Origin: a phage
DNA length: 45,007 bases
Strand: one strand, 5' to 3'
Assembly (NCBI GenBank): GCA_014469095.1
Contig: GCA_014469095.1_4330.1
Positions 44,723-45,007 of the stretch are shown here, in pieces. Positions within the stretch are counted from its first letter, which is position 1. Each line of letters begins with the position of its first letter. The notes beneath the pieces are model-generated. The model did not search any database, was not told where the DNA came from, and saw nothing but the letters and a program-made list of their open reading frames with translations. A program made the position numbers and the translations under genes.

Positions 44723-44922
44723 TAGTTATTCTCCAGTATTTCTAACGCTTTCACGAGGTAACGTTTACGTAAAACATCAGTCTGCGCGCTATTAGCCCTG
44801 CGTATGTAGCCCGCAGCAGCCCTCATCTGTAGTTTTTCCACCGAACCATTCCCTATTATAGCTGATGCGATACATTTAACTTCGAGTTCTTCGGTTATTT
44901 CTATCGTCGATACGTTGCCCAT
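44722..44922 (-). CDS. Hypothetical protein, 66 aa, first gene of the right-end leftward block
   Basis: ORF track; ATG preceded by GGAG; directly downstream of the 44957-44985 promoter. Confidence 0.5.
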   Translation of the reverse strand: MGNVSTIEITEELEVKCIASAIIGNGSVEKLQMRAAAGYIRRANSAQTDVLRKRYLVKALEILENN

Positions 44923-44956
44923 TTCTCTCTACTCCGTTCTCGTTGTCGATGAAGTA

Positions 44957-44985
44957 AATATAATAGGGTCGAGGATAATAGTCAA
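44957..44985 (-). promoter_or_regulatory. Sigma70-like promoter (TTGACT-N17-TATATT) for the right-end early block
   Basis: Minus strand reads TTGACT-ATTATCCTCGACCCTAT-TATATT; the plus strand carries a partial core AATATAATAGGG. Confidence 0.5.
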
Positions 44986-45007
44986 CTAGTCATCACAGAA
45001 AATAGAT

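Noticed and set aside
44957-44985. Tenth copy of the type A promoter on the plus strand (AAATATAATAGGGTC)
   Set aside because: Only the first 12 nt match and the TACTAT half is missing; the minus-strand TTGACT-N17-TATATT reading fits the downstream genes better
1-45007. CRISPR array or other tandem repeat array
   Set aside because: The recurring elements are dispersed singly in intergenic regions with promoter or terminator architecture; nothing has repeat-spacer periodicity

Overview
This 45 kb window reads as most of a tailed dsDNA phage (siphovirus-like) genome, annotated from the six-frame ORF track plus motif recognition by eye; no database search was run, so every homology call is recollection-based and needs confirmation. 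Layout: (1) left end, a leftward lysis cassette (two holin-like membrane proteins, a T4-type lysozyme) closed by a terminator; (2) 1.2-4.1 kb, a leftward block of small genes driven by two near-identical promoters; (3) 4.6-17.5 kb, a rightward early/replication block (AlpA-like HTH, primase/helicase, XRE-type HTH regulator, Cas4-like exonuclease, SSB-like protein, family A DNA polymerase, VRR-NUC, C5-methyltransferase-like protein, SNF2 helicase, Toprim protein); (4) 17.5-42.6 kb, a leftward morphogenesis block running terminase, portal, head, Rz/Rz1 spanins, capsid, connectors, major tail, chaperones, tape measure, tail tip, tail fibre; (5) 42.8-44.9 kb, a leftward block of small early-type genes. 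The morphogenesis block is interrupted by three rightward cassettes, each with its own promoter and a palindromic bidirectional terminator. The best candidate for an undescribed system is the 27.56-30.06 kb cassette: a superinfection-immunity-like membrane protein plus three phosphoryl-transfer enzymes (HTH-fused metallophosphoesterase, HAD phosphatase, P-loop kinase). Also notable are a dispersed promoter family built on a dyad core AATAG-N4-CTATT, a family of perfect-palindrome terminators, and spanin genes located about 35 kb from the holin/endolysin genes. No rRNA, tRNA, CRISPR array or integrase was recognised. Self-derived coordinates (promoters, terminators, small ORFs absent from the track) may be off by 1-2 nt.
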